Origin: an uncultured Thalassobacter sp.
GTDB taxonomy: Bacteria > Pseudomonadota > Alphaproteobacteria > Rhodobacterales > Rhodobacteraceae
Direction of reading: 5' to 3'
NCBI GenBank assembly: GCA_963922715.1
Contig: CAWUJT010000001.1
Location: 9,430 to 73,429, forward strand
DNA: 64,000 nt
The stretch's first letter is position 1. Each line of letters opens with the position of its first letter. The translations under genes were made by a program, and so were the position numbers. Below the pieces are notes generated by a model. The model had not been told where the DNA came from. It worked only from the letters and a program-made list of their open reading frames with translations, and did not search any database. Of the stretch, positions 62,150 to 64,000 are shown piece after piece.

Positions 62150-62556
62150 CCCCCATTGCACTAGCGCAACTTCATGCGCGTTGCTTTACACACCCAAGGC
62201 CTTGGAGCGCTGAAGAATTCACGAAACTAGCGGATGATGCCACGTTTCACCTGCATCATGTGGACGGTGGCTTTATTGTTGGGCGTACCGCGGCTGGCTC
62301 ATCCGAATTGCTGACCCTTGTTGTTTCGCCCGAACGCCGGCGGCAAGGTCTTGGTCGTTTTTTGGTGCACACGTATGAGGCAGAGGCCGCCGCACGTGGC
62401 GGCAGAGAGTCCTATCTTGAGGTATCGGTTGAGAACCACGCGGCACGGACTTTGTACGAAAACTTGGGATATGTCCAAGTTGGTTTAAGACCGAATTATT
62501 ATGCGGGCAGGGACGCGGTCGTCTTGCGTAAAGCGCTCCAATTTTCTGAAAATTGA
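62146..62556 (+). CDS. rimI: GNAT-family N-acetyltransferase, RimI-like
   Basis: A 136-aa ORF with VSPERRRQGLGRFLV (acetyl-CoA-binding motif A). It follows tsaB with a 4-nt overlap, the usual tsaB-rimI arrangement. Confidence 0.75.
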   Translation: MTPIALAQLHARCFTHPRPWSAEEFTKLADDATFHLHHVDGGFIVGRTAAGSSELLTLVVSPERRRQGLGRFLVHTYEAEAAARGGRESYLEVSVENHAARTLYENLGYVQVGLRPNYYAGRDAVVLRKALQFSEN

Positions 62557-62671
62557 AAAACCGGTTGACCCTGCCCGTCCTCTGTTGCCTTATGTCTGCC
62601 ATGCGCGTAGGGGGCTGCCGTGTGATCATATGTGTCATGCGGGTATCATATAAAAAATCGGGAGAGACATC

Positions 62672-63676
62672 ATGCGTCTGACAAAAAACTTCTTGGGTGC
62701 CAGTGTTGCGATCGCTTTGACAGCGGGGGCGGCCTGGGCCGAACCTGGCTTGATCATCGATCTTGGCGGTAAATTCGACAAATCTTTCAATGAAAGCGCC
62801 TATAACGGTGCCCAGCGGTGGGTGGCAGAAACAGGCGGCAGCTACATGGAGACAGAGCTTGCCAACAATGCACAACGCGAACAAACGATGCGCCGAATGG
62901 CAGAGCGCGGGGCAAATCCAGTGGTCGTGCTTGGGTTCATGAATGCCTCCACGATTGAACAGGTGGCCCCTGACTATCCGGATACGAATTTTGCCATCAT
63001 CGATGTGGGCTGGTTGCCAGATATGGAAAATGTGCGCCAGATTATCTTCTCAGAGCACGAAGGCTCTTACCTTGTGGGGATGATGGCGGCGATGGCCTCT
63101 GAGACTGGGACGGTATCTTTTGTCGGGGGCATGGATGTGCCGCTCATCCGTAAGTTTGCCTGTGGTTATGCGCAAGGCGCAAAAGCTGTAAACCCAGACA
63201 TCACAGTCATTTCTAACATGACAGGTACAACACCGACAGCTTGGAACGATCCCGTCAAAGGTGGGGAGCTGACAAAAGCACAGATTTCACAGGGCTCTGA
63301 CGTTGTCTTTGCGGCCGCTGGCGGCACGGGTGTCGGCGTTCTGCAGACCGCGACAGACGAAGGGATATTGTCTATTGGCGTAGACTCAAACCAGAATTAT
63401 CTGCATCCCGGCTCTGTCCTGACATCGATGCTTAAGCGCGTTGATAACGCGGTTTACGAAGTTTTCTCAAATGGGGCCGATGGTTTCGAAGCTGGCACGT
63501 TCGTCATGGACATTTCCAATGAAGGCGTTGGATATGCACTGGATGAATTCAATACCGCGCTTGTGTCAGCAGACATGAAGGCAGCGGTTGATGCCGCGGC
63601 TGAGGAGATCGCTGCAGGGACTTTGATGGTTCACGATTACACAGCAGATGATGAGTGTCCGGTGATGTCTTTCTGA
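62672..63676 (+). CDS. BMP-family (basic membrane protein / nucleoside-binding) ABC transporter substrate-binding protein
   Basis: A 334-aa ORF with a signal peptide. [17 protein letters not shown] and [22 protein letters not shown] are typical of the Bmp/PnrA family. Confidence 0.82.
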   Translation: MRLTKNFLGASVAIALTAGAAWAEPGLIIDLGGKFDKSFNESAYNGAQRWVAETGGSYMETELANNAQREQTMRRMAERGANPVVVLGFMNASTIEQVAPDYPDTNFAIIDVGWLPDMENVRQIIFSEHEGSYLVGMMAAMASETGTVSFVGGMDVPLIRKFACGYAQGAKAVNPDITVISNMTGTTPTAWNDPVKGGELTKAQISQGSDVVFAAAGGTGVGVLQTATDEGILSIGVDSNQNYLHPGSVLTSMLKRVDNAVYEVFSNGADGFEAGTFVMDISNEGVGYALDEFNTALVSADMKAAVDAAAEEIAAGTLMVHDYTADDECPVMSF

Positions 63677-63683
63677 TCCCCAG

Positions 63684-64000
63684 ATGTCAGAACATACAAA
63701 CATGCACGACGACGGGCAGGCCTCACAGCCTGCCCCAGCGATTGAACTAAAAGGCATTTACAAAAGCTTTGGGTCCGTGAAGGCCAACAAAGATATATCC
63801 CTGGAGGTTGCGCCGGGCACCATCCATGGGATCATCGGCGAGAATGGTGCTGGCAAATCCACATTGATGTCAATCCTTTATGGGTTTTATGCCGCAGATG
63901 CCGGTGAAATCTTCATCAATGGTAAGCCCACGATCATCTCTGACACGCAAGCGGCGATTGCCGCAGGCATCGGCATGGTTTTTCAGCATTTTAAACTGGT
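63684..64000 (+). CDS. ABC transporter ATP-binding protein, N-terminal fragment running off the window
   Basis: [62 protein letters not shown] contains a Walker A motif. It lies directly downstream of the BMP binding-protein gene. Confidence 0.88.
   Translation, partial: MSEHTNMHDDGQASQPAPAIELKGIYKSFGSVKANKDISLEVAPGTIHGIIGENGAGKSTLMSILYGFYAADAGEIFINGKPTIISDTQAAIAAGIGMVFQHFKL

Noticed and set aside
62273-62884. 203-aa minus-strand ORF bridging rimI, the spacer and the BMP-protein gene
   Set aside because: It is antisense to two recognisable genes, and its product has no motifs.

Overview
This 64-kb chromosomal segment reads like a Rhodobacterales-type alphaproteobacterium. That inference rests on gene order, a GAAC-N7-GAAC SOS box, a tRNA-His without an encoded G-1, and an alpha-type flagellar gene order. 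All product calls come from motifs read in the supplied translations; no database search was run.

About 70 genes are called, nearly all housekeeping:
- Proteolysis and stress: clpX (partial), clpP, clpA, hsp20-DUF1150, a universal stress protein.
- Central metabolism and biosynthesis: carB, maeB, murA, adenosine kinase, purQ, purE-purK, gloB, lgt, a class IV aminotransferase.
- Translation, RNA and repair: infA-maf-rng-yacG, recA-alaS, nth, an AraC-HTH/MGMT protein, rne, rluD-like, tRNA-His, nfu-tsaB-rimI.
- Energy: atpHAGDC.
- Accessory-looking modules: a rhodanese/ChrB-like + chrA chromate module, a DctB/DctD-like two-component pair, a flagellar basal-body cluster (fliI divergent from flgB-flgC-fliE-fliQ-flgF-flgG-flgA-flgH-fliL), and a BMP-type ABC transporter (partial).

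I saw no CRISPR array, rRNA, transposase or integrase.

The best candidate for an undescribed system is an orphan two-gene stator-like unit at 30438-34139. It pairs a MotA/ExbB-type channel protein that has a long C-terminal helical tail with a MotB-type protein. The MotB-type protein has a plug/TM region with the conserved Asp, a ~640-residue coiled coil, and then an OmpA-like peptidoglycan-binding domain.

Secondary observations:
- A DctD-family activator with the GAFTGA sigma-54 contact loop deleted.
- A secreted M23 peptidase translationally coupled to clpA.
- An ~870-bp very AT-rich gap beside clpP with no ORF of 60 aa or more.
- An AT-shifted compositional block that includes rne.
- A yacG-like gene whose C-terminus diverges at the junction with the chromate module.
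- Head-to-head overlapping start codons of rluD and a small membrane protein.
- Two unlisted small ORFs with strong ribosome-binding sites.
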